Origin: Podarcis vaucheri
Lineage: Eukaryota
Length of the DNA stretch: 64,000 nucleotides
Assembly (NCBI GenBank): GCA_965113315.1
Contig: OZ220368.1
Direction: 5' to 3' (one strand)
Part shown: one piece after another, positions 39,301 through 49,466 of the stretch
Numbering within the stretch: position 1 is the stretch's first letter
Layout of the letters: every line of letters begins with the position of its first letter
Made by a program: the position numbers and the translations under genes
The notes under the pieces: model-generated
Databases searched by the model: none
The model's input: only the letters and a program-made list of their open reading frames with translations
What the model was told of the DNA's origin: nothing

Positions 39301-42300
39301 CCTTTCTTCTATAAATGGGTTTTTATCAATAGCCACTTCTGTCCTGGCAGTGGTAAGACTAGCATTTCAAAGCAGTTCAAATCCTGTTAATAATCTGCTG
39401 CCTTATAATACAGGGTTATTTGACAACATAAATGTTTTAAGTAATGAAATTTAAAATATTGTTATCCTCAGAGCCACGCCGCTCAGAGTGGCTTACAAAA
39501 TTAAACAAAAAATAAGCACAAGTATACTTACCATGCACAGCATACATTATATTTCAAAACAAATAAATAGGATATTTTAAGACCAAGATTGAAATTGCAT
39601 GCAGTAGTTTGATGCATCAAAATTTTAAAGCATACATTTTATGGCAGGCTGTAGCATAGTTCTGTGAGCATGCTGAGCTTATTCCATTGCCATACAAGAC
39701 GAGCGGAAATTCGGCTTGAATGTGCACTTCCAGTATATTAAGATTTTGATACAAATGTTAGACTAGATCGACTAACACAATTCAGGAAAAAAGTGCTTTG
39801 GCATCTGCAGCTTTTTCAAAATTCAGAATGCACACAACGCATGTATGTGATAGTGAATATACTGTCTGCAACCACTGTCTGAAGGTTTCCTCTTCAATTT
39901 TGTACTGAATATTCTTCATTTCTGGTTTTCACTCCTGGAACCATAGAAATGGTTCCTGCCAAAGTTTCTGTGTGACAGTGCTATAGAACAGTGGAGTGTG
40001 GGGAACCTTTGGCCTGGCACGGGTCCCAATTTTTGACTGTAAAACTGTTTTCCTCAGAACATGTCCACCTGCGTTATGTGATCTCAGGTGTGGGCAGGTA
40101 GAAATGTGGCTGGATCAGCTGCAGAACTGAGTTTCCAGAGAGAACTCGGTTGTGCAGCCAATCCCTGCAGGAAGCATCTTTGCCATCCCTTTGATTGGCA
40201 CTTGGGAAGCACCGAGCGCAAGCTTTGCAAAGCACTTTATGCAGTGCTATCCGAAGGTCCAACAGCTACCTAGTTGTCAGGTACTTGCCAAGTGCTGAGC
40301 ACAGGGCTAGCAAAGCCTATTGCACTGCACTTCCCAATTGCCCAACAACCCTTTGACTTTCAGACATTTGTGAAATGCTTTGCAATAAACTTTGACAGGT
40401 GGGTAGGACAACCCAGCTGTAAATTGTCTGACATAATAATGGTAGTCCCACCTACTTGTCAGAGTTGGCCAGAGGGGTGGTGGTGACAGATAAGGCACTG
40501 GCCCACCGGGCCAAAATGGTTCCCCACCTCTGCTATAGAATATTACTCCTTATGACTTCTGTTAACTTGTTGAATGTTTTCTGCTCTAGCACTTAATCAA
40601 AGGAAGATGAGCTTTATTATTTTCTGTTCCTCCCTCTCCTCTCAAATGGGAACTTTGTCAGGGAATTTCCCCTTCTCCTTTTCTGTCTTGACATCTTAGT
40701 CTTTTACCAAAAGTTTCACAAATGGCACTTTATTACTGATGAGTTCTTATACATCTGATTCGAAAAGTCTTTGCTGCTAAAAGGAAGTCAGTGCTGAAAT
40801 TCTCATCTTTTTCTGGAATCTTATTTTAGATATCCTGCCAGTAGTTTAAGATCAACATGATTGTGTTTCTTTTACAAACCATCCAGCTTCTTCCTCCTGT
40901 TTGCGTGGAAGAGTAGTCTAGTCCAGAACAGCATAACATGGGCTATTGAAAAAAAATTGATATTGAACAACTGTTCTCTTGCCTTCATGTTCCCCTTAAA
41001 CCATAGCCTGTGCTAGAGGAAGCTTGAAAAAAAAAAAGAGTAATGTTCAGAGGCTGCTGCTTTTGCAATAACGTATATTATCTCTGTTTTAGATCCTTCT
41101 GGAACAGTTGAGAGCAACGACCACTTATTAATAATACTGATTTGTTTAGTTAAATTTTAATTGTAGCTTCATAGGGTTTGGACTCTTCTTTTCAGACTAT
41201 GAGCATTGCTCTACAGCTAATATTTTATCAGCCGAACTACATAGGTCAACCAACTGTCTTTTAAAAAACTATTAATCTTCTATCTTTTTTAAGTTGGGAA
41301 AATATGAAGGCTTAAAGAATATTATGGGCCAAAGCATTCTGTTTCTTTTCTGTGCACTGTCTTTTTAATTTTTCCTGTAATAATTGATTCAGTTTAAACA
41401 TGATTACACTGGTCCAAGCTCGTCACTTCCCTGCATAAACCTTGCTCTACCTGTTTCAGTTGCATGAGCTCCCTTCTGAAGGAAATAGGTTTCGGAATCT
41501 AGCAATCCGCATGACCTCAGTTGTAGTTCATGGTGCTGATCTTTGCTTTTCAGCATCTCCACCATCTGTTAAGGATAATGGATGTCATAATTCTGGTCCA
41601 TTATTAGGCTGTTAAATATCACTTATATTAGATGGAACTTCTGTAGCTTAAGTTTGTGAAGGACTGTAGCCATGTGCATTAGCCCTTGTGGCTGTAGAGA
41701 GAAGATGTACAGTATAGGTGTTTTCCAGTGATTAGGGTACAGAGGTTGTGCATGGTGCTCAGCTCCCTGGCTCACAGTCTCATCACCCCAAATAGTTGAT
41801 CCTTTGCTTATTACTGTTTCCTTGCATTACTAGCTGACAAAATCAGTCATGGAAGAAAGATGAGTTGTTAGGGAGGTTTAACCAAATTCTGATGTGGATG
41901 ATTTGCATCACTTATTCTGGCTGCTCAGTGGTGTAAGACTTGAGATTTCTCCCAAATATGTGATACTAGGACAGCTAAAGTCATGCCCATTTTTCTTTCA
42001 CAGTTGAGAGGCAGTTGGCCAGAGGCAAAATAATTCCTTGGTAGAATTCCTGTGCTGTAAGTGTCAAGATCCAACTTGCTAATTGTGTTGCTTGTGAAAG
42101 GCCTTTGCCAGTGCAAAATGTTTCACTATGCACAGAAGCATTGGCCGGGCAAAAGATGGAGATTGGTTGAGATTTGTTTGAAACTAGTGATCAGTGCCAA
42201 TTCGTAATGTTTTCCATCCTCTAATCTTTGCTACAAGACTGAGCAATAAAGACTTCTGTGTTCCACAAGGCCATTCTTACCCCAGCCCCTAAAAGACCTA

Positions 42301-45300
42301 GAGCAGGGACAGCTTAGCCTTGGAAGGGCTGTATAAACACATGCATTCAGATCATCATATAGCATCCTGGTTTCCTCTGTGGGCTTGTAGTTGGTGCCCT
42401 GCAACATCTGAATGGGCAGCCAATGCTGTATCTTTAGGAAGCAACACGGTGTTCCTTTTTAGTCCTCAGGCCATAGGTATATGTGAAGGTTCACACGCGC
42501 GATTCAGTGCTGCTTTGTGTCCCTTCACAAATTGCTCCAAGGCCAGAGTTTTGTTGGCAGAGTAGCCAGTGCTGCTTCAAAGCAAAACTAATGTCAAGTA
42601 TTGCCTTTGTTTTTACATCCTTGCTTTTCAGTATGGAGCTCTGAATGTTTCTCTCTTTCTTTTCTTAACCCTGCTCATTTTTGCAGTTCACGCTGTTGAG
42701 AGTAAGTGTTGCTGACTTATTTTCTTTACTATTTCTGTACTGTCTGTAATTAAACCAGTTAATTTCTCCAGTTCAACCTTGGTGCTCCCTAAAGATTTGA
42801 CAGAATTAAAGTATCAGTAGACACTGCATGTTTTCAGTCAAGGTACTGCAAATGGTTTTCACGTGGCTTTAGAAGGTCTCTTTTGTGTAAAAAATGTCAG
42901 GTCATTTCCGTTCTTATCTTCAAAATAATGTTCGTTGAACATACGGAAGAGAGTGCAGGATTAAGCCCTCTGCCCAGCCAATTGGATCTCACAGCATGTA
43001 GGAAAAAAGAGGACAGCATATAATATTTAAAAAGTCAGAAACAAAATTTAGCTTAGCTTTATATTGCGCTCATCTTAATACTGAATGAAATGTCTCCATA
43101 CCCTATAAAGACAATATGCCTACAGGGGACACCTAATGCGTGCAAGGACCTTGGGACGTATATCAGGCTATACATGTTCAGCCAAGCACAGAAGCCCCTT
43201 GGAGACTTTCTTCCGCAACTGGGGGGTGGAGCAGGTTTGTGGTGCAGGGTATTTTGAAGGCAGGGCCAGTGCAATTTGCTCTGAGGGCATTATCTGTGTT
43301 GCCGTAATGCTTGAACAGCACATTTCTTTCTTCCCATTAAAGTGTGAATGTGCCTTCTGAAACTGCTCTATAGATACATATTTTACTTTAGTTTGCAAAT
43401 GCGAAGACCTAGGCAGACTGACTGGTTTGGGAAGCTTTGCAGACAACTGAAGGCAGCTTCACACATTTTAAAAATGCAAACCTAAAGACCTTGCATGGCA
43501 TATTTAAAAAAGAAATTGATAGGAATACATACTCCAGACAGCAGGGATTGGTCTTAGCCGCCACATCTACACCCAGTAGAACATGCATATACACACAGAT
43601 ACCCCTTAGTTGTAAGCCTGAGAGTGGAACATCTAGTATCTTTGTCCTAAATTCTCAAAATGTTAGTAGCTTCATTCCCAGTTGGATCTGACACTTACTG
43701 CTGAATTGCCTTGCTCAAATCCCTGTCTTATATTACAGTCATCTTAATATTATAGTACTATTATAGATTTGGTTGATAATTTGCAGTGGATTCCACTTAC
43801 TTAGATTTCCAAATGTTAGTTTGCGTAGAGCTAAATAGCATAAAAAAGCAGGAAGTATTCTATTTATTTAGTAGAGCCTATTTAAAGGGATTAACAACTT
43901 GCTATCTTAAAACTCCTAAAGAGGAATTACAACTAAACTGGGATAATTTGGCAAAGTTAAAAGCTTGCTCTGAATGCATTCAGAAATTAACATAAGCTGT
44001 ATTTGCAGGTTGGGAAAGAATAAAGAGCTGCAACCTTGAAAACACAGTTGAGAATTATGGTGGGCAGTATCTGGTGATGGAACAAATAGGTGTATTCTAA
44101 TCCTTGTGCATATGCTTAGAATGTGGCATATGAGTTGAGAAGTTGTACACTGTTCTGAGGTTGTGTTTACAATTAAGGTATACATATTTTGTTCAACAAA
44201 TAAAATATCTTCCAGTTGCGCAAGGAAGTTTGTCATGTCCTTTCTTGGAAACATGCTAGAATTGTGAAAATTTGCAGGTTTTTCTTTTTCTTTTAAAAAA
44301 GAACAGAGCAGGAAGTCTTTTCCTTTATGTAACATTTTGTTGTCTTGCCTCTCTTACAGTTCATGATCTGCAGAGCTTTGGACTTGACAATGTAAGCATC
44401 TGGGAGAGACAAACTGAGTTTGAGATACTGATTCACATCTGCAGAGAAGGGAGTAAAGTGTCAGTGCAGATGATTTCCCCTTGTGCATACTGGTGTGGCA
44501 CATCTAACTTTGGCAGCAGCTGTGTAAATGATAGGCAAAAAGAACAAAAAGCAACATTTAGAACAAAACTGTTTCCCCCCAAAAGGTGACCACGTAATTC
44601 ATTGTATACTGGTCCTTTCAGAATCCAGTGAGTCACTAAGCATCTATCCTGAGCTCCTTGCCTTATTATATTCTCACCCTGTATGCCACTGAGCACGAAC
44701 ACCTCATCGCCTTCCTGTGACTGCAGTTCCCAGAGGAGAAGAGGTGTATAATTACAGAGAGAGGAGTGTATTTCTAGCAGGGCTTCTACCCTAAGGTGGT
44801 GTATGCATGAAAATTGCGCAGAAGAGAAAACATCATTAGCTGTGCTCAACTTGCATAAGCAGCCACAGGTGCTAAAATCCTGCTGCTCTTATTGGAGAGA
44901 GTTGGTGAAAAACACCTACCTACCTTTTGATCATAGGCTTAGTACTCAGCCTGCTCTGTCCTTTGCTGGTTCTGTTTGAACATGTTTCCCTTTTTTTGTT
45001 TCAGATAAACATGACCCATTTTATCAAGCACCTTTCATTTGGGAGGGATTATCCTGGCATTGTGAACCCACTTGATGGGACAGTTGTCACAGCACACCAA
45101 GGTACTGGTCTGAAAATAAGTTACGTTATAGTTTGCTTGTATACTGCTTTTGCCCCCCAAAGTGATGAATACTGTATTAATACAAAGAAAGGTGCAGTAA
45201 AATACAGTAAGTCAGCCATAAAAGCAATATAAGACAGCTAATAATAATAATAATACCGTACTTTTCTGTGTATAATACTATGGTTTTTTTTCTTAAAAAG

Positions 45301-48300
45301 TGGAGGTCTTCTTATACATGGATAGTGAATTGGGCGGATGTTTGATTGATTGCTTCCGCAGCTGTCAGCGGCTATTGTGCGTGTTATTGGTTGCTGCGTC
45401 TGTGGGTGGTGTTGATTGGCTTATGCTGGGGAAGCTAGGCGGGCGATTGGCAGCTCCTGCCAGTGATGGGACAGCCAGGAGGTGGAGTTTGTGATGTGTG
45501 TAGGTGAGTGATTCTTGGCAATCCCCCCTAAAAAAACTCAACCACCCTGGGCAATCCTCCGCAAAAAGCTCAACATCTTCCCCCATTTTCTTAAATTTGA
45601 GTCTCCCAAAATAGGGGGCGTCTTATAGACGGAAAAGTACGGTGTGTATAAATAAATAAATAATTCCCTTCCTTATAATAGTACCTAAACAATGAACTGG
45701 CCAAAATATGATGGTTACTGTCTAACCTAGGACTTTCTCACTTAATCCAGTCACCGTCTTTTAGCTCTTTTAGTTTGTATCCCCCTCTCACTACATCAGG
45801 GTAAGCAAGCAGACCCCAACCTACTTGGTGCTCCAACGTGCAGGATCCTGGTAATCTACTTTTTAAACAATAGGCCATAGGAGATTTAAAATAATAAAAA
45901 ATTAAAAACAAAAATGCATGCCTCTAATACCACCCACAAATCACACTGAACATTGCTTCTTGGGCTGTAGTTGTGCTCTCGCCACAGACACAGCTCTTGT
46001 GTGTTTCTGCTCACATGCACTGAAGGGTTAACAGCCTATTTTATAAATACTGATTGTAATAAATAAAATATTTTAATTAACAATATTAAATTTAGGTTTG
46101 CATGAGAAGGGAATAAAACCTTGTAAGTAAAGACTGTCACATGCCACACAAGTTATGTATATATGTATTTATTTTAATATTAAGTTGGGCAACTAACTGG
46201 CTAGCTTCTGGCTCAGTAAAATGGGAAAGATGCCAGCAAGCTTCCTCTTCCTCCTGGCTGACAGTAAGTTATAGGCAGGGGTGCATGCATGAAAGAATTG
46301 TCTCTGCTCTTTTTTCCACCACCACCCCTTTTTTTTTTTTACTTTCTAAGCCACTCCCAGCTCAGAAAGATGGAGTTATAGGGACACACCCCACAGCAAA
46401 ATAAATCTGGATAGGGAGAGGGAACTAGCCTTGCCTTTCTTCCCTGGGAATGAAATCTTGAGTTTCTTTTCTCTCCCTCCCTCACCTGCTCTTTCATAAG
46501 ACCCTGCTGGTAAGATTGTAGACTAAAGTCATTATAGCAGGAATTATTACTATGTAGTTTGGACCTCAATAGAATTTTAACTTCTCACTTCAAAGTTACT
46601 GCTGCTTACTAATTATCTATTCAAATTCCTTCTTGCCTCATATCAGTTTTGATAAGTTCTGTATAAGGGGACTTTCCCCCCAAAGTGGCTCCTATTAACA
46701 CCGTATTTTGCACTTAGCATCCATGATGTTCCAGTACTTCGTGAAAGTGGTCCCCACAGTGTATATGAAAGTCGATGGTGAGGTAAGATCCCCACATTTT
46801 CTTTTAAAAACAAACACACACACCAAAACCTAGCATTATATTTTAATATAGAACAGTGCTGTCCAGGTTATTGCAGTGTAATTAGGGGTTGGGACATGAG
46901 GAAATGAAATTACAAAGAGTTTTGTATATCTTATTGCCAATAAGCCTCTGAACAATCAAAGCTCCAGACTTGCAAAAGTGTGGATGACAACCACATGGGG
47001 ATTTCTGAAAGAGAGAAGTCTTTATTGCTGTGGACCCAGTTTCCTCAGGCTAGAGAATGTAGTGTGACGACAGGACAGTTATGAGTCATGGGGGGAATTA
47101 TCTTGAGTGTATTGTAGGACTTGGGTAGGTGGTTTCTTTGTGTTGGGCAGAGGCGGGTGGAGAGAGAGGACAAACTACGGTATATTTAATGCTTCCTGCT
47201 GGATGCATTGTGCATTGTGGCAAAGGCATTGTGGCAAAATTCAACCCAGCTCCAAATCCTTGTGTGTCTTAACTTGTTTAATTAGAAAGAGTAACATTAT
47301 GTTCTACTTATGTTCTACTAGGTGGTGAGATCAAATCAGTTTTCAGTAACACGACATGAGAAAGTAGCTAATGGGCTAATTGGAGACCAGGGTCTCCCTG
47401 GAGTATTTGTGCTCTATGAGCTTTCTCCCATGATGGTGAAACTAACAGAGAAACACAGGTGAGAAGTTTTCACATGAACCCATTTTACAACTTGCTTATA
47501 AAATTATGTTTCATTTATTCATACAAATAGGTTGTAGAGGTAGTTGCAAAAAGCTTCCATTTGAAGCAGTTAACATTTTGACTGCCTTTTGAGCCTAAGT
47601 GTTCATTGGACATGGTCAAGTGGGATTGAATTACTGTATTTACTCGAGTCTAATGCACCATTGAATCCATTGTGCATCTTAAATTTTGCAACATGATTTG
47701 GCCAAAAAAAGGTGAGCATTAGATTAAATACGGTAATCCATGGGTTTCATTCCCCCCCCCAAGTTTTAACTTGTTCATTCATAATGTACACATTACATGG
47801 TAATCAATGTTTTTTCCCCCCTCACCCCATATAGGTCCTTTACACATTTTCTCACAGGAGTCTGTGCCATCATTGGAGGGGTATTTACAGGTATTTGAAT
47901 ATTTTAATTGTTCTCCTCACCCATCTTGGATCTAAAGTTTAGCTTGCAAATGTTTTGATCAATACATCCTAGGCATTTTCAAAACTTGTTTTTACAAAGA
48001 TGGCAGAATCGTCACTAGTAGTACAATGATTGTTGAAATATGATAGTACATCTGTTTTCTATACATACAAAATGAGCAAAAATGTAACTGAATGGGGCTT
48101 ATCAAAAAGCGTCTCCTAGTAGTATTTAGTGAGCAGCTTATTTTGGTTGTGTGATATGTCTCTTTGGCCAGTGCAGTATTTCCTCACTGCTTTGACAAGT
48201 TTAGGAATTCCCCCCGAACACCAGCTTTTTGGAAGAAAGAGGGGGGTTTCTTTTTTAATTTCCCCTTTACATGCACTGTCCATATGGAACATATATAACC

Positions 48301-48407
48301 TGACCTTCCTTTTCCTCCTTCTTCCAGTGGCAGGACTCATTGATTCTTTGATCTATCATTCGGCTCGGGTCATTCAAAAGAAAATAGAACTCGGAAAAAC
48401 AACATAG
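29934..48407 (+). CDS. ERGIC3: ER-Golgi intermediate compartment protein 3; 13 constitutive exons (1152 nt, 383 aa) plus optional 15-nt microexon (388 aa)
   Basis: [28 protein letters not shown]...CESCYGAE...[12 protein letters not shown]...[11 protein letters not shown]; all introns GT-AG and in phase. Confidence 0.97.
30890..30960 (+). mobile_element. CR1 LINE 3' tail fragment
   Basis: Near-identical to the end of the CR1 at 52950-53018. Confidence 0.75.
31146..31360. mobile_element. Tc1/mariner (Tigger-like) MITE
   Basis: TA|CAGTGGTACCTCGGGTTA...TAACCCGAGGTAGCACTG|TA. Confidence 0.85.
31785..32162. mobile_element. Non-autonomous hAT element
   Basis: TIRs CAGGGGTTTTCAGCC / GGTTGAAAACCTCTG; TSD GGCTATAC/TGCTATAC; same family as 51271-51772. 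Confidence 0.82.
32310..32565 (+). mobile_element. L2-like LINE 3' end
   Basis: ...tgtaaaccaccctggga...gggcagtatacaaat...aataa tail; homologous to 61990-62260. Confidence 0.55.
33708..33778 (+). CDS. ERGIC3: ERGIC3 exon 2 (first TM helix)
   Basis: [23 protein letters not shown]. Confidence 0.95.
34971..35058 (+). CDS. ERGIC3: ERGIC3 exon 3
   Basis: [29 protein letters not shown]. Confidence 0.95.
35245..35358. mobile_element. Short hAT MITE
   Basis: 8-bp TSD CTCTAGTG (35237-35244, 35359-35366); internal CTACAACTCCCAT / GGAATTGTAG inverted repeat. Confidence 0.8.
36010..36129 (+). CDS. ERGIC3: ERGIC3 exon 4
   Basis: [26 protein letters not shown]. Confidence 0.95.
36374..36467 (+). CDS. 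ERGIC3: ERGIC3 exon 5
   Basis: LGKEEE...[16 protein letters not shown]. Confidence 0.95.
37310..37475 (+). CDS. ERGIC3: ERGIC3 exon 6
   Basis: [19 protein letters not shown]...GFLEVNK. Confidence 0.95.
39024..39081 (+). CDS. ERGIC3: ERGIC3 exon 7
   Basis: [19 protein letters not shown]. Confidence 0.95.
39989..40532. mobile_element. Non-autonomous hAT element
   Basis: 8-bp TSD CTATAGAA on both sides; imperfect TIRs with GGGGAACC / GGTTCCCC. Confidence 0.8.
42687..42701 (+). CDS. ERGIC3: ERGIC3 alternative 15-nt microexon (junction reads VH-VHAVEI-HDLQ)
   Basis: Long pyrimidine tract, ctgctcatttttgcag|TTCACGCTGTTGAGA|gtaagt; frame-preserving. Confidence 0.88.
44360..44391 (+). CDS. ERGIC3: ERGIC3 exon 8
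   Basis: [10 protein letters not shown]|GTAAGC. Confidence 0.94.
45005..45101 (+). CDS. ERGIC3: ERGIC3 exon 9
   Basis: [26 protein letters not shown]. Confidence 0.95.
45256..45642. mobile_element. Tc1/mariner-type MITE
   Basis: TA|CCGTACTTTTC...GAAAAGTACGG terminal inverted repeats. Confidence 0.75.
46718..46782 (+). CDS. ERGIC3: ERGIC3 exon 10
   Basis: [21 protein letters not shown]. Confidence 0.95.
47322..47458 (+). CDS. ERGIC3: ERGIC3 exon 11
   Basis: [14 protein letters not shown]...[22 protein letters not shown]. Confidence 0.95.
47835..47890 (+). CDS. ERGIC3: ERGIC3 exon 12
   Basis: [18 protein letters not shown]. Confidence 0.95.
48328..48407 (+). CDS. ERGIC3: ERGIC3 exon 13 (coding part)
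   Basis: [25 protein letters not shown]. Confidence 0.95.
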
Positions 48408-48764
48408 ATTATCAGGTGCAATCCCCTCTGAAGAACTTGAAGGAATTAAAAACAAATGGTCAGTGGTCATTTTGAGGGTGCCAAGAAGATCCCTGGACTT
48501 GTACCAAGACTGGAACTATCATCAGTCTCTCTTCACAAGTAAAATGGGAGATTAATTTAAACAACCATCTTTTGTGGCAGTGCTGTATACCCTAGATTTC
48601 AGTACTTGTCTTATATGTTGGCCTATCTCTCAACTTCTAGATCATGAAATGAAGAATATGGAACACAAGACCTTTTTACATGTGTAAAACAAATATTTTC
48701 TATTTAATTTGTACACAGTGCTACCCTTAGGATGTTTGTTTGGACCAAATTCTCAGGAAAAAGT

Positions 48765-48773
48765 TTTAATAAA
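48765..48773. terminator. Overlapping poly(A) hexamers: AATAAA on + (48768-48773) and ATTAAA on - (48765-48770)
   Basis: TTTAATAAA lies between the convergent ERGIC3 and sialyltransferase stop codons. Confidence 0.6.
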
Positions 48774-49298
48774 GTCGTGTAATATTTGCTTTCTTTTTAC
48801 TTACATTTCAACACTCTGTATCAAATAGCATTGCAGCCAAGAATATTCCTCAGTAGTCTGTGCTTGCTTCCCTGCTCCTCTGATACCTTATACTTAGCAT
48901 TTCTTAACCACTTAAATAACAGTGGCTTTAGCACAAATGTAGGCCTGGGAGATACTGTCAATATCAGCTTTTTGAAATCTCTGTCCAAGGATAAAGCATC
49001 CTATATTGTCCATAAAATGCAATGAAAGAGAAGCCTCTGTTGTCCAAATTTAAAGAAAAACATTTCAAGTTGACCATCTTGCTAAGAAAGTAATCTGTTC
49101 AGAAGTGGTGTTACATGTATGTGTATATACATACATACCTGAGCCAGGTGCAGTAGCGCTGGGGTGCTGAACTGTGCTTTGATCTCTAATCCATCCACCT
49201 TGTTTCTCTTGTGGCTCAAAAGACCATCATTGGTCCTAGGATTTGGGTTCCTCTTTCTTGGATTAGTGACTTTGAAGTCTGTGGGGCACTGTAGCAAG

Positions 49299-49466
49299 CT
49301 ATTTATAAAATGATATTCTGCCTTCAACTGCTAGTCTCTCAATGAGTGCCAGTTCAAAAGTGGCATTGTGGACTCCAGTCCTGCGGAAAGCTCCAGCGTA
49401 CCGATTCTTTTCCCAGTAGTGGTGCCAGTTCCCTCTGCTGTCTGCGCCGAAACCAAATGCAGAGAC
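49299..49466 (-). CDS. ST3Gal last coding exon (motifs III and VS)
   Basis: [38 protein letters not shown]...ISFYK*. Confidence 0.93.
   Translation of the reverse strand, partial: VSAFGFGADSRGNWHHYWEKNRYAGAFRRTGVHNATFELALIERLAVEGRISFYK

Noticed and set aside
49120-49145. Minus-strand donor CAG|GTATGT in the ST3Gal 3'UTR
   Set aside because: Sits in a (TATG)-like low-complexity patch and I could not assign a matching acceptor.
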